Shown here in pieces: positions 23,441 through 36,805 of a stretch of DNA of 63,586 nucleotides. The number at the start of each line of letters is the position of its first letter. The first letter of the stretch is position 1. The translations under genes and the position numbers were made by a program. Origin of the DNA: Rhina ancylostomus (lineage: Eukaryota). The DNA lies in contig JARFYF010000059.1 of the NCBI GenBank assembly GCA_030265395.1, forward strand, positions 21,829,398-21,892,983, read 5' to 3'. Under the pieces are notes generated by a model. The model was not told the origin of the DNA and did not search any database. It saw only the letters and a program-made list of their open reading frames with translations.

Positions 23441-24589
23441 AATGCTAAGACTCTTGTAGCTAAATAGAGCCAATTACATAGATATGATGTGTGAGTTAGC
23501 TCAGATAGATATTGAATTAGATTAAAATATTTGCCGGTGGATAAACAATAGCAAATATTTAAAGAATTATTTCATAATTCTCAATGAATGAACATTGCAT
23601 TGAAAAGTAGAAGCTCATTGAGACCCCTGCAGAAATGATTAATTGCACATTAGGCCCAAGGCATTATGCATGATAGTCAACCTTTCGTGCTTGAGTGCAG
23701 ATAGATCTTTTTTCTGCTCGACTTGCTGAAGGAACTCCAACAGGTCACAAGTTGAGGGTCGTGAGGCATGGATTTGAGAGAGATTGGTGGAATCAGAACC
23801 TTGAGGGTCAGATTATTGCATGAGGTTGGGGTAGCAATCAAGGCAATGGAAGGACTGCAATTCTGCAGTTGTGGTTGATTGTGTGTGTTTGTGTATGGGG
23901 AGGAGGAGCAGTGGGGTGGTTGAAGATGTAATCAGTCCAAGAGACAGTGTGGGGTCCAGAAAGAGACCTGCTGCAAAGGAGCAGGGTGACGATGCAGCAT
24001 GTTATGGGAGGAGTAAATTAAAATCTCATGGCTGATTTATTTGCAATAGGATCCAGGCATTGAAATCCATGGCAATGGAGCATGTGATCCAGCTTGCCTT
24101 TGAGTAGTGCAGAAACTCTGCAAAATTGACCATGCTATTTGCTGGCCATACATGCATACATAAATTTGAAGAAAGTTTTGTTCAAATATACATTTGGCAG
24201 CATTGCTCTTGTCAGGTACCTCACTACCTATGGTTGGAGAACTCAGACTGAAAATGGCAACCTGGATGGCTCTTGCAACCTTGATGGCAAGCATGGATGA
24301 TTTTTGTTTTAAATTAGAATTAGTCATGCACCAACTGATGTGCCATGTCCAGGAATTTCCACCTATGTCTTTTAAACAATTAAAAACTAGAAAATTCTGG
24401 TGTTCAATGGGATCTGGGAGTGCTGGTACACTAATTGCAGTGACTTAATATGCAGATACAACAGCAAGGACAATCAATATATGGGCCTTTATTCCAAGAG
24501 AGATGAAGACTATACGGAGTGTCACTGAAATCACATTTAAGATACAATGTGCAGTTTGGATTCATACCTATAGAAGAATGCACTTGGCT

Positions 24590-24940
24590 TATAGGGGTGT
24601 AGCATAGATTTAGTTGACCCAGGATGAGCTTTGTGGAAATGGGTCTATACTTACCAGTGTCAAGAAGAAAGATAAATGATCTTATTGAAGCATATATGAT
24701 TCCAAGAGGGCAAAAGGCTAGAAAGTCTACAACTAGGGAATGCAATCTCAAGATGTTTTTTTTTTCCCCATTTTGGACCAAGATGCATAAAATACTCTTA
24801 CTAAGAAGAATTTTAAATCTTTTGAATTCTCTAGCTCAGAATGATCAGTTGTTAAGTATATTCAAGACAAGATCGATATAGAAGGGATTTATTGGTTGTG
24901 GAGTCCGTGTTTTAAATGAGCTTGAATGAAGAGGACAAGA
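24590..24940 (+). mobile_element. Degenerate CR1 3' fragment
   Basis: MGLYLPVSRRKINDLIEAYMIPRG (cf. LGLYSLExRRxRGDLIExYKIxxG). Confidence 0.65.
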
Positions 24941-24949
24941 TCCTACTTA

Positions 24950-25665
24950 AAGAATTACAGAATGGTTACAGCATAAGCTATTCAACCTATTGTGTCTGTG
25001 CTGGCTCTGTCAGCGCAATCTAGTCAGTCCCACTACCTGTAAGTTCTTTCCTTTCAAACACATATCCAGCTCCCTTTAGAACACAACAGTTGAATATGCC
25101 TCCACTGCTATCATTGATAGTGCATTCCAGATCCTAATCAGTTTCTGCACAAAAAGGTTTCTCTTCATGTCATTTATGGTTCTCCTGCCAGTCACCTCTG
25201 TTCATGTCCCTTGGCTTCCAACAATGGGAAGTTTTTTCTCTTTCTCTTTGTATATACCCCACGTAATTTTGAATTCCATACTTGCATTCTTCTCTGTTCC
25301 AAGGAGAACAATCATTGCTTGTGCAGCCCATCTACAAAACCAATCCTGGAGCAAAAAAGCAAACTGCTGGCGGAACTCAGCAGGTCAGGCGACATCTGTG
25401 GAGGGAAATGGATAATTGATGTTTCAGGTCCAGATGAAGGGTCTTGACATGAAACATCATTTCCCTCTACAGTTGCTGTCTGACCTGCTGAGTATCTAAA
25501 GCTGTTTGTTTCTTGCTCCAGACTCCAGCATCTGCAGTCTCTTGTGTTTTCCTCAACCCTGGAATCATTTTAGTAAATCTCTTCTGCACCTCATTAATGC
25601 CTACACATCATTCCTAAAGTGTGGTGTTCACAACTGGACACAATACTGCAGTTATTGCCAAATCA
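24950..25665 (-). mobile_element. CR1 3' end, interrupted by a palindromic repeat
   Basis: CR1 tail at ~24955-25010, gcattccagatcctaa, and cacaactggacacaatactgc (minus reading YCVQLW-like). Confidence 0.75.
25346..25548. repeat. Fold-back (palindromic) Penelope pLTR-derived element with central hammerhead-like motif
   Basis: Paired arms: ctggagcaa/ttgctccag, actcagcaggtcag/ctgacctgctgagt, tgatgtttcaggtc/gacatgaaacatca. Centre cagatga-agggtcttgacat-gaaac. Confidence 0.8.
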
Positions 25666-26329
25666 GTTGTGGCAGAACCAATGGTTCATGAAGGGGATGC
25701 TTTTGGGCCTGGTTAGCCAACTTCTGCTTCTTTTTATTATGTTACACAAGGCTTGATTGTAACTTAGATATGGGAAGGAGGTGAGCACTATTTTGAGGTA
25801 TGGATTTTCAAAGAAAAGCTGGTCTTGCCTCAAAGGTTTCTGCCCTGGATAAGACACTTGGTTCTTTTGACAATCACCTGTGCAGGGTGCCCAATTNNNN
25901 NNNNNNTGGGGGGTGGGGGGGGGGAGGCAGGTTTGTAAAGAAGGTAAACTAAGTTTAGCAGGTAAGTGAAAAAGCAGTTCTTATTTCACTTAAATGATCG
26001 CATTTCTTAGAGCCTGTAAACCACATCTAGTCAAGGTTAAGTTGATAATATTGGTTGAAAATATGCATTTCATTATTTAATTACAAAAACAATATAGGGC
26101 TCAGGTGTGTTACAATTAGGATTCATAATATTAATATCTGGACTTTCCACCTAATCCTTCAATCTCCAGGTGATGCAAAATTGAAATGATTTTGCAAATT
26201 TGCATGAGTTATCATGTGTTCACATATTTTATCAAAGGTTAGGATTAACAGGACATAAGCTATCAAGCACTGGTAATAAAACGAATGGTTTGCACATTAA
26301 AATAGAGGAAGTGTTAAGTTTGTCACCGG

Positions 26330-26595
26330 GCCAAACAGTAAAGACAGGTCCTTGGTTCAATCTTTCATTTGTGCTGTTATAGCCAATCTCAAATGATGCA
26401 ATAATTGGCCTTGGTGCCTCTGAGCAAAGATCTGCCAAGGTACCTGCTTTGGATCACCAAGCGATATTCCTGCCAGAATATGCATGGATCTGAATACCAG
26501 CTGAGGATAGGATCAGACTTGACTGTAGTGCTTCCATGGTTAAATAGCTTAATGGCACTCACTGTCCTGTCTCACAGATGATGGCTAAGCAATGA
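26330..26595 (+). mobile_element. LF-SINE-like relic
   Basis: acaggtccttggttcaat...gaggataggatcagacttgactgtagtgcttccatggttaaatagc...cactcactgtc...tcacagatga. Confidence 0.6.
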
Positions 26596-27689
26596 ATGTT
26601 ACTGATGCTGCAGTATTAAAAATTGGGTGTATGTGTGTAGATTGTAGATCCCCTNNNNNNNNNNNNNNNNNNNNNNNNNNNNNNNNNNNNNNNNNNNNNN
26701 NNNNNNNNNNNNNNNNNNNNNNNNNNNNNNNNNNNNNNNNNNNNNNNNNNNNNNNNNNNNNNNNNNNNNNNNNNNNNNNNNNNNNNNNNNNNNNNNNNNN
26801 NNNNNNNNNNNNNNNNNNNNNNNNNNNNNNNNNNNNNNNNNNNNNNNNNNNNNNNNNNNNNNNNNNNNNNNNNNNNNNNNNNNNNNNNNNNNNNNNNNNN
26901 NNNNNNNNNNNNNNNNNNNNNNNNNNNNNNNNNNNNNNNNNNNNNNNNNNNNNNNNNNNNNNNNNNNNNNNNNNNNNNNNNNNNNNNNNNNNNNNNNNNN
27001 NNNNNNNNNNNNNNNNNNNNNNNNNNNNNNNNNNNNNNNNNNNNNNNNNNNNNNNNNNNNNNNNNNNNNNNNNNNNNNNNNNNNNNNNNNNNNNNNNNNN
27101 NNNNNNNNNNNNNNNNNNNNNNNNNNNNNNNNNNNNNNNNNNNNNNNNNNNNNNNNNNNNNNNNNNNNNNNNNNNNNNNNNNNNNNNNNNNNNNNNNNNN
27201 NNNNNNNNNNNNNNNNNNNNNNNNNNNNNNNTTGGCAGTTAAGTAATGTGGCAAAGGGTTTCTTCCGTTATAAAATAACAAACAGTGCATTGTTAATTAT
27301 TTTGGTGTCAATTAACTCACAATTTATAATGCTGGAGCCAACCTACAAAACTGAAGTCTATCATCCACCCCCACCTTTAAAAATGGGAATCTGTTGAGAG
27401 TCTATAAGCTGGAATTTTTGCATCTTACAATAATAAAATACAAGATAAAATTACTGCCGGTCTTTGTAAGTGGGACAGGGATGGGAAGCAAAAACTCACT
27501 AAATCAAGTCCTGTACCATGATTCCTAGTCATTGACAATGGAGATCAGATCAGATCACTGAAACCTCGTGAAAGCTGAGTTTTATGTTAAATATTTGAAT
27601 TGTGCTGCTTCACTTCACTGAAACAGCGAAATATAAAATTGGATGGACTATCCGACACTGAACACGGACACGGGGAAGTCACCACCATT

Positions 27690-29270
27690 CCACTTAACCT
27701 TGCAAAATCCTTACAAACATCAGAGGACTGATGTTAAAATTGGAGCAGCTGCCCCACAGATTATTCAAGCAACAGCCTAACATAGTCATGCTGGTAGAAT
27801 CATTCCTCATAGCCAACATGCCAGCCTACTCCACGACCACTGGGACAGACCTACCAGAAATAGTGGTACAACAATATACAGGCAGAAGGGAGTCTGGAAG
27901 ATGCAATATGACTAATTACTTCAAATTGCTCTCTGTTGTCAGTAAAGTGATGGGAGGTGATTTTGACAGTGCTACCAAGTGGCACCTACTCTCCAATATC
28001 CTGCACATCAATGTCCAGTTGGGCTTCAACTCCTGACCCCACCAAAAATGGAGCAAGGAGTTGCATTCCAGAAGAGAAATGAGAGTGATCAACTATTTAA
28101 TTAGTTTAATTAGGCATAATTAGCTTGGCACAACATTGTGGGCCGAAGGGCCTGTTCCTGTGCTGTACTGTTCTATGTTCATCCTTGGCAGCAGTTGACT
28201 GAGCATCAAGAAGCCCTGGTAAAACTGAAGTTAGTGGACATCAAATGGATAGCACTCCAAGAACAGTGTCACAACTTGCTCAAAGGAAAATAGTTGTGGT
28301 TGTTGGAAGTTAATCATCCCAGCCTTGTGATATCATTACAGGAGTTCCTCAGGGCAGTATCCTAGGCCCAACCACATTCATTTCCTTCATCAATGATCTT
28401 TCTTCCATCATTAAGTAAAAGAGAGATATTTACATGATTCATAACTCCTCAGCAGATGATGCAGTCCATGTTTGCATGCAAAAAAGACATAGATAATATT
28501 GAGGCATATGCTGATGTGACAAGTAACATTTGCACCAGAGAAGTGCCAAATAATTACCATCTCCAACAAAAAAGAGCCAATTACCTCCTCCTGTATTTCA
28601 CTGATATCACATTGCTGAGTCCTCCATCATCAATAGCCTGATGTGGGTCACCATTGACCAGAATGTTAATTGGACCAGGCACATGAATACTCTGGCTACA
28701 AGAAAGTCAGAAGCTGGGTTTCACTGATTCACCTCCTGACCCCGCAAAGCCTTTTCACCACAAGACACAAGTGAAAAGAAAGGTGAAATATTCTCCACAT
28801 GCATGGATGAATACAGCTCCAATACCACTCATGAAGCTTGACACCATCCAGAATAAATCAACATGCTTGACTGGTGCCCCATTATTCATCCTAAACATTC
28901 ATTCCCTCCACCACTGGCACACAGTAGCTTCAGTGTCGATCAACTAGAAAATGCATTATCCACGAGTCCAACAACTCTTCTCAAACCTGCAACCTCTCTC
29001 ATCAAGAAGGACAAGAACAGAGTTGTATAGAAATACCACCATGTGCAGGTTCTCCTCCAAGTTGCCCACATTCCTGACCATGAAATATTTTGCTATTCTT
29101 TCATTATCACTGTGTCTTAATCATCTTCAATATCATTGTGATATCTTCACCAGAAGGACTGCAATGATCTAAGAAGGCAACTCAATATTACCTCCCCAAG
29201 AACAATTAAGAATTGAAAATAAATGCCAGTTTTGCTTTTGGTGGCCAGATCCCAATAAATAAATAAATAA
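27690..29270 (+). mobile_element. CR1-clade LINE of a second family, internally deleted
   Basis: Endonuclease N-terminus (KLEQLPHRLFKQQPNIVMLVESF), RT pieces NY..LLSVVSKVM, VQLGF and GVPQGSILGPTTFISFINDL, and 3' (aata)n tail at ~29254-29270. Confidence 0.85.
28105..28180 (+). mobile_element. Young CR1 3'-tail insertion nested in the older LINE
   Basis: ggcacaacattgtgggccgaagggcctgttcctgtgctgtactgttctatgttc with the CpG intact. Confidence 0.75.
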
Positions 29271-31259
29271 CTGTGTAGGTAGACAGATAGATGGGAACTT
29301 CAGTGTGTGTGAGGGAGACAAGTCACAATGAGGAGTTTGCTTCTAGTGGCCCCTTAGCTGATCATTTAAATTTTCTGAGCATAGGTATTTTTCTGACGTG
29401 GAGAAGAAGCTGCCTGAAAGCTACATTTTAATAACACTTCTAGGACCATTCTGAGATGCATACTTATCACTACTGATTGGAAAATTAATTACAAACTAGT
29501 AGGTTTTGCGCATTCATGAAATTCAGGTTATGTGTTCTGATGTCAGATCAGTCTGAGATCTAAGTTGTTTCTCATTCCACAGATGCTTCTGTTTCAGATA
29601 TCCAGCATCTGCAGTATTTCATTTTAGGTTATCGTTTATTGGAACAAAGCTTCTGACTGTATGTGTGATTAACTTACTTCTTTCAGTTTTATTTGAGGAA
29701 CAGGTAGTTGAACTTCCCTTTCTATCCTGTGGCTGTTAGGAATTGGACCTGCGCTTGTGGTACTAGAATTCTGGTTGATTTGTATTTGTATTTCTATCTC
29801 ACACTGTATGTTTATTAGCAAGCAAACCTGTCCCAGGACTTAATTTACTTTGCTTTTTGATATATAGCATTGTTAGTGCTGCATTTGTGCACAGCCTCTT
29901 TTCCAGGAACCTATTTTAAAAATAGAAGCTCCTTGAACATAGCTTAAACTTGCATATTATTTGCTGCATTAATTGCAGTGTACAGTCAGTAACTGAAATT
30001 TGTTTGCTGANNNNNNNNNNNNNNNNNNNNNNNNNNNCTTATGGCACTTAATGCCCCTTCTATTTTCCAATAATATGGTATTCTGCAGAGCTCTTGTATC
30101 TATTAAAAGATAAACTACCGTTTGTCTTGGAACAATGTGATCTGTTTCAGCTGGCTTCTGTTACTAAGTCATCTTCACAAATAGCTGTGCTTCTGTGAGG
30201 CTATTCAGACACTTTTAATATTTTTCCCTAGCTTGTTTTAGCCCTATAACCTTTGTTGACCGAAATAATAGACATCCTTCTATCCATCTGCTGGAGAGAT
30301 AGCTAGCACAACAGCAGACCACATTCTTCCTCACATCCTCCAGAACTTTTTAACTCCATCTTGTATACAAATGAACACTTTCACGTGTATCTTCTCCCTG
30401 TACTACTTGCTCTACTAACTACTCTTCTTTTGCATGCCAAGTGAGTGTTCACAAGTTAACTCCTATGGAGGTCACTGACACTATATTGCATTTTGTCTCT
30501 TTACTGTATCAGTGCTCGGACATCAGAAGTTAAGAGCCCTGGCTGACTTTTTTTCCTGCCTAAGCCAGAAGGTAGGCAGATTTCAGCAGGAGCCATCTTC
30601 TGGGTTGAGAATGCTTAACTTGATACAGGCAACAGTAAAAGTTTGGGGATCTTCATTTTCTCTTTGGCTTATTGCTGCATTTGGCAGTGCAATAATGGCA
30701 ACTGGAGAAGGCTCAACATATTTCTACATTCACGGCAGCATAGTCTCTGTGGTCAGCAATTAAGGTGGAGAGATATCTTCTTAAAAGTGGTTTCAATACC
30801 AACAGAATGTTTTTACCCAGCCACACCATTTTGGTCTTTCCTCACTAGAAACATACGGGTTCACAGCTGACAAAGAGACTGCTTCGTTCTGAAGTGAGAG
30901 ACCACCATTGCTTTTCCTGTAAATTGGCACTCTGCTTTACAGTTCTATTTGGATAAGTGGCATGATTGGCATAAAAGTTAATTCCATGTTCAGAAGTAAA
31001 AACACCAGATGAATTCTCACAGATGCGCCAAAGAGCTTATGGTTACTGTGGTGTTTCAGTGGTTGAGGTGAAACTGAGTTTTAAGTCGGGACAATGAGGT
31101 TTTCTCTAGAGTTCTTTTGCTTTTGTATTTAACCACATTTTTAATCTCTTGAAATTATTTAATCTAATAACAGAACAGATAATATGTATTACAGTAACAG
31201 TGAGCAAATTACTTAAGGATCATCTTACGATTGAGTGATTCAGCTTCAGTGTGGAGCCT

Positions 31260-31540
31260 ATATTGAAATAGAGTGGGAGAGGGGGGTGAGGGAAAGAAAT
31301 TCACATTGCCTGCTGAATCAGGAATTTGGTCATTTCTGAGGTGTCATCATCAGATTGCCATTATAACCAATACCTTGGGCTAACAGCTGGGAAGATCAGT
31401 CAGGATACTTTATCCTTGTTAGTTTTCAAAGAGAAAGTTCATGTGAACGAGACCATTTGAGTGCAATAGTCCTCATCTGCAGATGAGGGCAATTAGACAT
31501 GACTATGCCCATCCATGATTGAAAAGGCTGCTAATGTATG
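31260..31540 (+). mobile_element. LF-SINE-like relic
   Basis: ccttgggcta...gggaagatcagtcaggat...ccatgattgaaaaggctgctaa. Confidence 0.4.
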
Positions 31541-31589
31541 TAACTGTAGCATAGGATGCATCAGCATTCAGAAGGAGAAAGTCAGCAGA

Positions 31590-31800
31590 ATTCTTTACTC
31601 AGAGATTGTCAGGAATGTTAACTCACCACTGCATGGAATGATTGATGCGATTGGCATTTAAAGGGAAACTTGATAACTACATTAGGGTGATAAGAAAAAA
31701 CTGTTGATGGGATGATTTGACACTGAATGAGTGAATGGCCCTGGTGGATCATAAATATTAGTAGAGCTAGGTGAACCAAATAGGCTGTTCTTAGGCTATA
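31590..31800 (+). mobile_element. Degenerate CR1 3' tail
   Basis: ctttactcagagattgtcaggaatg...gcatttaaagggaaacttgataa...gaaccaaataggctgttct. Confidence 0.6.
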
Positions 31801-32389
31801 ATTTCCAAATAATTCTTGCATTCATTATCAATATTAGATTCTTTATGAAATGTCTTTATCTGACATTTTAATTAAACTGCTTACTCACTTACTCTAGGTG
31901 TTGGTATAACTAGGGCTAATGTTATGAAATGTGGTTTGTGAAATTGTTAAGCTTGAACGTGCCCCTCCTTCCCTGCCGGGNNNNNNNNNNNNNNNNNNNN
32001 NNNNNNNNNNNNNNNNNNNNNNNNNNNNNNNNNNNNNNNNNNNNNNNNNNNNNNNNNNNNNNNNNNNNNNNNNNNGATAAAATAATTATTAATGAGTTAA
32101 AAGAACCAGCCTGATAATCAAATAATTGCTGTTAGGTTTCAACATCTCATCCAGTTTATAGTGAAATAGCTTAGAAGTAATTATTAGCAAAGAAAATGTA
32201 GGTTTAGATTTTTAAGGGACAGATCATTGATACAATCAAATCTGAGTAGCTCTGTGCTGTGTTGCCTTTGACAAAAATGGAAACAATCTGCTCCTTTCTA
32301 AGGATAAACAAGATATAAGAATGTTTATGTGTATGATGAACATTCTTATAACTTGATGTAAAATACCTAAGTAAAAAGGGAAGGAAAGA

Positions 32390-32790
32390 CATGCATATAG
32401 ATAGGTCATTTTATGCGCTGAGGATGTTCTATAATGCTTCACAATAATGCAAGCCAATTTAGAGCTTCTAAGATTTTTTTATCTTGAAGTAAGAAATAAG
32501 GCTGCCAGTATGTGCATAGTAAGGCTGCAGCAAAATATCAAGAATGATAATGTTGGACAATCTGTTTTAATGATAATGCTTACTTTTATAAATAATAACA
32601 AGATTATCACCTTTCTTGCCCTTCTTCAATAACTGCCATGAGATCTTTAATATCTGAGAGGACAAGCAGGGATTCAGTTTAACATCTCATCTAACACCTT
32701 TGAAAGTACTCAGTACTCACTGAAATGCTAGCCTGGAAATGTTGCTTAGATCCACAATTTTCTGACACAAAAGTGACATTGTTCCCAAAA
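32390..32790 (-). mobile_element. Deu-domain SINE (SacSINE1-like)
   Basis: gaggatgttctataatgcttcaca, cccttcttcaataactgccatgagatcttt, gtttaacatctcatct, cactgaaatgctagcctgga. Confidence 0.7.
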
Positions 32791-35399
32791 TAATTTCTCT
32801 ATAATTTAAATGGCACATATTTGTTACTGGTCTCCCTATCCTACCAAAAGCCTCCTGGGTAGAATCATTTATTAAATGTGGAAAACAGAAGCACCCTAAA
32901 TTCAATTCCTGTCTGTGATCTGTTCACAGAAGTATGTCAAAACTTCAAAAGTAGAGATTGAGGAAGAAAGGTCTGAGAAAATCAGTCTATCATGTTAGAC
33001 CATGTGCAGTTTACTATCATGAATAAGCTAGACAATTAACGATGAAATTTGTGAATAACTGTTTATAGTTATCGGATTATTTTCTTTGGTTTTTGTCACG
33101 ACTTGTTCTTGCAAGGAGTGCCAATGACATGAGTGGAAGGAACTCAGAAGCTCAACAACATTGTGGTTCTGAACTTATTGTAAGGGAAACTCATAAAAGT
33201 GCCTCAGTTCGTGTGTACACATTTTTGACTTCCCATGTGCAGCTAAATTTAGTAACTCTTTCAGGTTTGTAATGTAATTATTGTTTGGAAATTCATTTGC
33301 AGATCTCTTTCATTTTCATTAAAACTACTCAAAAATTTGCTTGGACACTTGCTGACATCAATCAATCCTTGGACTCTGTTGCAATTTCAACATCAAGAAT
33401 GGATGGGATGCAAAGCTCCTTTTTGGAGCATATGCAGAGGAACAGGTCACAATATTCAGTTGGTGCCATTGACCATTCACTCAACTCTGCAATCCCACCT
33501 AGAACCTAATTCCCTCACCAATCAAATATTTAGTTCTGATGCCCCAAACCTCATTCCAAAACTATGCAATGCTTGGTCTATTTCATCTGATGCCTTTGGC
33601 AGATATCCAAAAAGTTTCTAGGAGTCTTCAATCAGTTTGTTCTTTGAAAATTTGAGCCATATAGATGAGGAGGGACTTCTTAAAGGATCTAACATGATTC
33701 AGCAGGTGTGCTGATCAGGTTCCTTGCAACTTGTCCCAGGTGAGAGGGATAAATTGAGTCAGAGTTCCCGTTGATGATCATGGCGTGCTTCAAAATGTGG
33801 AAGAATGGATATCAAATCAAGACATAATTGTGTAAGAAAATTCTTTGCCAATACCCACTTGCTAATTTTTTAAAACTGAAGTATTTGGAGAAAGAAAATA
33901 TAAGGTGAATGAAGCCATTCAACTTTCCTTGTCCCTGATCATGACACAACTTCCAAAAGAGATTCTAGAATCAGAACTGATGAGAAATTCCACCTGAAAC
34001 ATTAGAAAAAAATCATTATTATGTCTCTCAGAAACATCTGAATTTAACAGATTATCTTGGAGGGTAGAATTTTGATATGTAGCAAACAGGGCCAGTACTT
34101 TGCTAGTGTTGGATGAGGATGGATTACAGGATACCAGGAATAGCTTCAGGTAATTTTCACCATTTGGCAGNNNNNNNNNNNNNNNNNNNNNNNNNNNNNN
34201 NNNNNNNNNNNNNNNNNNNNACTATATTTCTTCAGTAATATGATGCATTTTGTGTTTTTGCCCTGAGGTGGAGCTGAGTCTACACTCTCTGAGAGTCAAC
34301 CGTGAATGTACTACCAATGAAGTCAAGCTGACAGTCAGCCCATCCTTTCATTTTAAGATTACTGACAGATCTGCTGTACATTTTCAATGTCTTTTTGGTA
34401 CCATTTTCGATTTTGATTCACTTTGCACTGTTCTTTCTAATGCCTGTTCTGCTTGTTCTCCTGCTGAGTAGCTTACTGTGTGTCAATTGCAGTGACTGTA
34501 GAAGAGCCACAGCCATGAGGAGTGACTCAGTTCTGAGATGTGAGATGATGTGTGATACCTATCCACTTATACCAACACCTCATCCAATCATCTCTGCAGG
34601 ATCCACTCACAAATACCTCAGGACATTATGGCTCCACGGGGGTAGTCGTTTCAAAAGCCACATTATAAGTAAAGTGTTCAACCTATAGTTACACATTAAA
34701 CATCCATGTTGAAATCTTACATAAACCACACAAATCTGTAATAAGGTATAGAGAAATGTGGGTATATAGAAAAGATATAAGAGAAAATAGTGGGATCTAG
34801 GTATATGGCAAGTAATGCTGAGTTACAGAGGCAATAGGAATGAGAGAATCTAAAGGAAGATAAGTAGAATTATGGCTTACATTCCTAAGAGTGATAGCTA
34901 GGTTACAGAAAATAGAAGTTAATATGGGAAGAGGAGTAGGCCTTTAGCTACTCATACTTTTTCCAACATTCATGAGACCTAACTCTATTTGTAGTTCCTG
35001 AGGAGGAGGTGGTTCTGTGTTGCCCAGGCTTTCTAAGCAAGAACAAAGTGCCTTTCAAATATTCCGGAGTCACTGATTTCCACTCACTTTTACACTTCAG
35101 ATCAGTTTGGATTTTGGTTGCTAATTGTATGGCCAGTAGTAAGTGGTATGCAATAAAGTACTGAAAAACTGTGAAGCTGATCAAACTCAGAGAGAGATGG
35201 GGCCATGCCTTACCAGCATTTGTCACCCCTCCCATTATCCCTGCACTTTTTTTAGTTAACTGAGTCAAGGGAGAAATAAGAACAGTCTTTCGTCCTCTTT
35301 ACTCTTTAATAAACTTATGCCATGTCATTGCATTTTTTGGACAGAATTATAAGTATATAAATACGTCTTGTATCAGAGGCAGGGCACAGAACAACCCAG

Positions 35400-35680
35400 G
35401 AGAATAATATCAAACATTTATTTGATGCAGACCTCCAAATCCTCCATCAGAAGGGGAGACAAAGTGCTGGATGCGCATGCCACCAAACAAACCAAGAAAT
35501 GCAATTTGAGCTGCTGGGAGTTGTGTGGGGCAGGCGGGCAGGGGTGTGGGGTTGGGTGATGGTTGGGGATGGCAGTGGAGGGAAAACACTAGGTGGCAAT
35601 TCCATCACTTCTCGCATTGCAGGCCAAAGGTGCAAAAAGTACAATGGACTCAATGCAAGACTAAAAAGGCAACAGATTAG
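35400..35680 (+). pseudogene. Myb/SANT-like DNA-binding gene relic, probably from a Harbinger transposon
   Basis: Frameshifted pieces FDADLQIL, RRGDKVL, QTKK..WE and NSITSRIAGQRCKKYNGL (cf. FSDxxLxxL...W...RTxxQCRKKFNDL). Confidence 0.45.
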
Positions 35681-36309
35681 ATGCCTATCCTACACATAGG
35701 CACATTTTTATACCCTCTTAAAGCAACCTTTGCTTGAGTGATCTTCGCACTACACTGTCATTGAAGATGGCTGATTCCAAGTTAGCACCAATAACTGGAA
35801 TCCACAACCATAAGACAGCTTTCCCTGCAGATTAGTTTCATTTTCATTTTGCCTTTCTGTAATTTCTTGTCCTGTATGCTTCAAATATCATCCTCTTTTA
35901 CTTCACTGTTTTGTAGGGCAAATTAGTATACCATGTCCAACAGAGGAGCCAATGCCATTTTGCTTAAAGAACTTACCCCCTTTGAGTGCCCACTATTATC
36001 AAGGAACAACAAAGTCAACTAATTCTTGCCAGATCCAGGCTAGTGGCTAAAACTGTTATGATAGGCCGATCACATCAGGTGCAGTCAGAATCAAATGCAG
36101 GTCTTTATAGGTAAAAAATACTAAATATATATTCATGACAGATGGCTAAGCCTCATAATGCATTGTGTAAAATGTTTAGACTCCTCAAGCTCACACACTC
36201 CTGAATTTCACTCCAATAGTTGATCCTGGCAACTGCTGCATCTCATTTAACTCAAACTTACCCAGAAAGGGTGGGGTGAGGTGGGGCAGTGACAGGGATG
36301 GCATTTGGT

Positions 36310-36805
36310 TGGTGCTTTAGAAATGCACCAACCAAATGCACATGATGTACCTTTATAAGTGTTTAAGATTATGGCAGATTTGGGTGGTGTAAATAGTGAA
36401 CAGCTGTTCCATTTGNNNNNNNNNNNNNNNNNNNNNNNNNNNNNNNNNNNNNNNNNNNNNNNNNNNNNNNNNNNNNNNNNNNNNNNNNNNNNNNNNNNNN
36501 NNNNNNNNNNNNNNNTGAACAGCTGTTCCATTTGTTGACAATTCAGTGACCATGCAATACAGATTTAAAATTTTGGGCAAAAGATAAAAGGAGGATGCAG
36601 AGAATATGATCTGGAACTCACTGACTAATGAGTGGTGGAAGTAGAATTAATCAAGGGTTTCAAAAGAGAATTGGATGGGCACAAGGGAATTTTCAGGGCT
36701 ACAGGGAAAGAGGAATATGACTGATAGGATTGTTCCCCTAGGAGTCATCATAGTTACAGTGCCCTGAATGGCCTCCTTCTATGCTGTAACAATTCCATGA
36801 TATGA
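36310..36805 (+). mobile_element. CR1 3' end spanning a gap
   Basis: VFKIM...EQLFHL, atctggaactcactg, tail ctgaatggcctccttctatgctgtaacaattccatga. Confidence 0.75.

Noticed and set aside
36397-36534. tgaacagctgttccatttg repeated across a gap, resembling a target-site duplication
   Set aside because: It flanks a 100-N gap directly, so it is most likely an assembly overlap.
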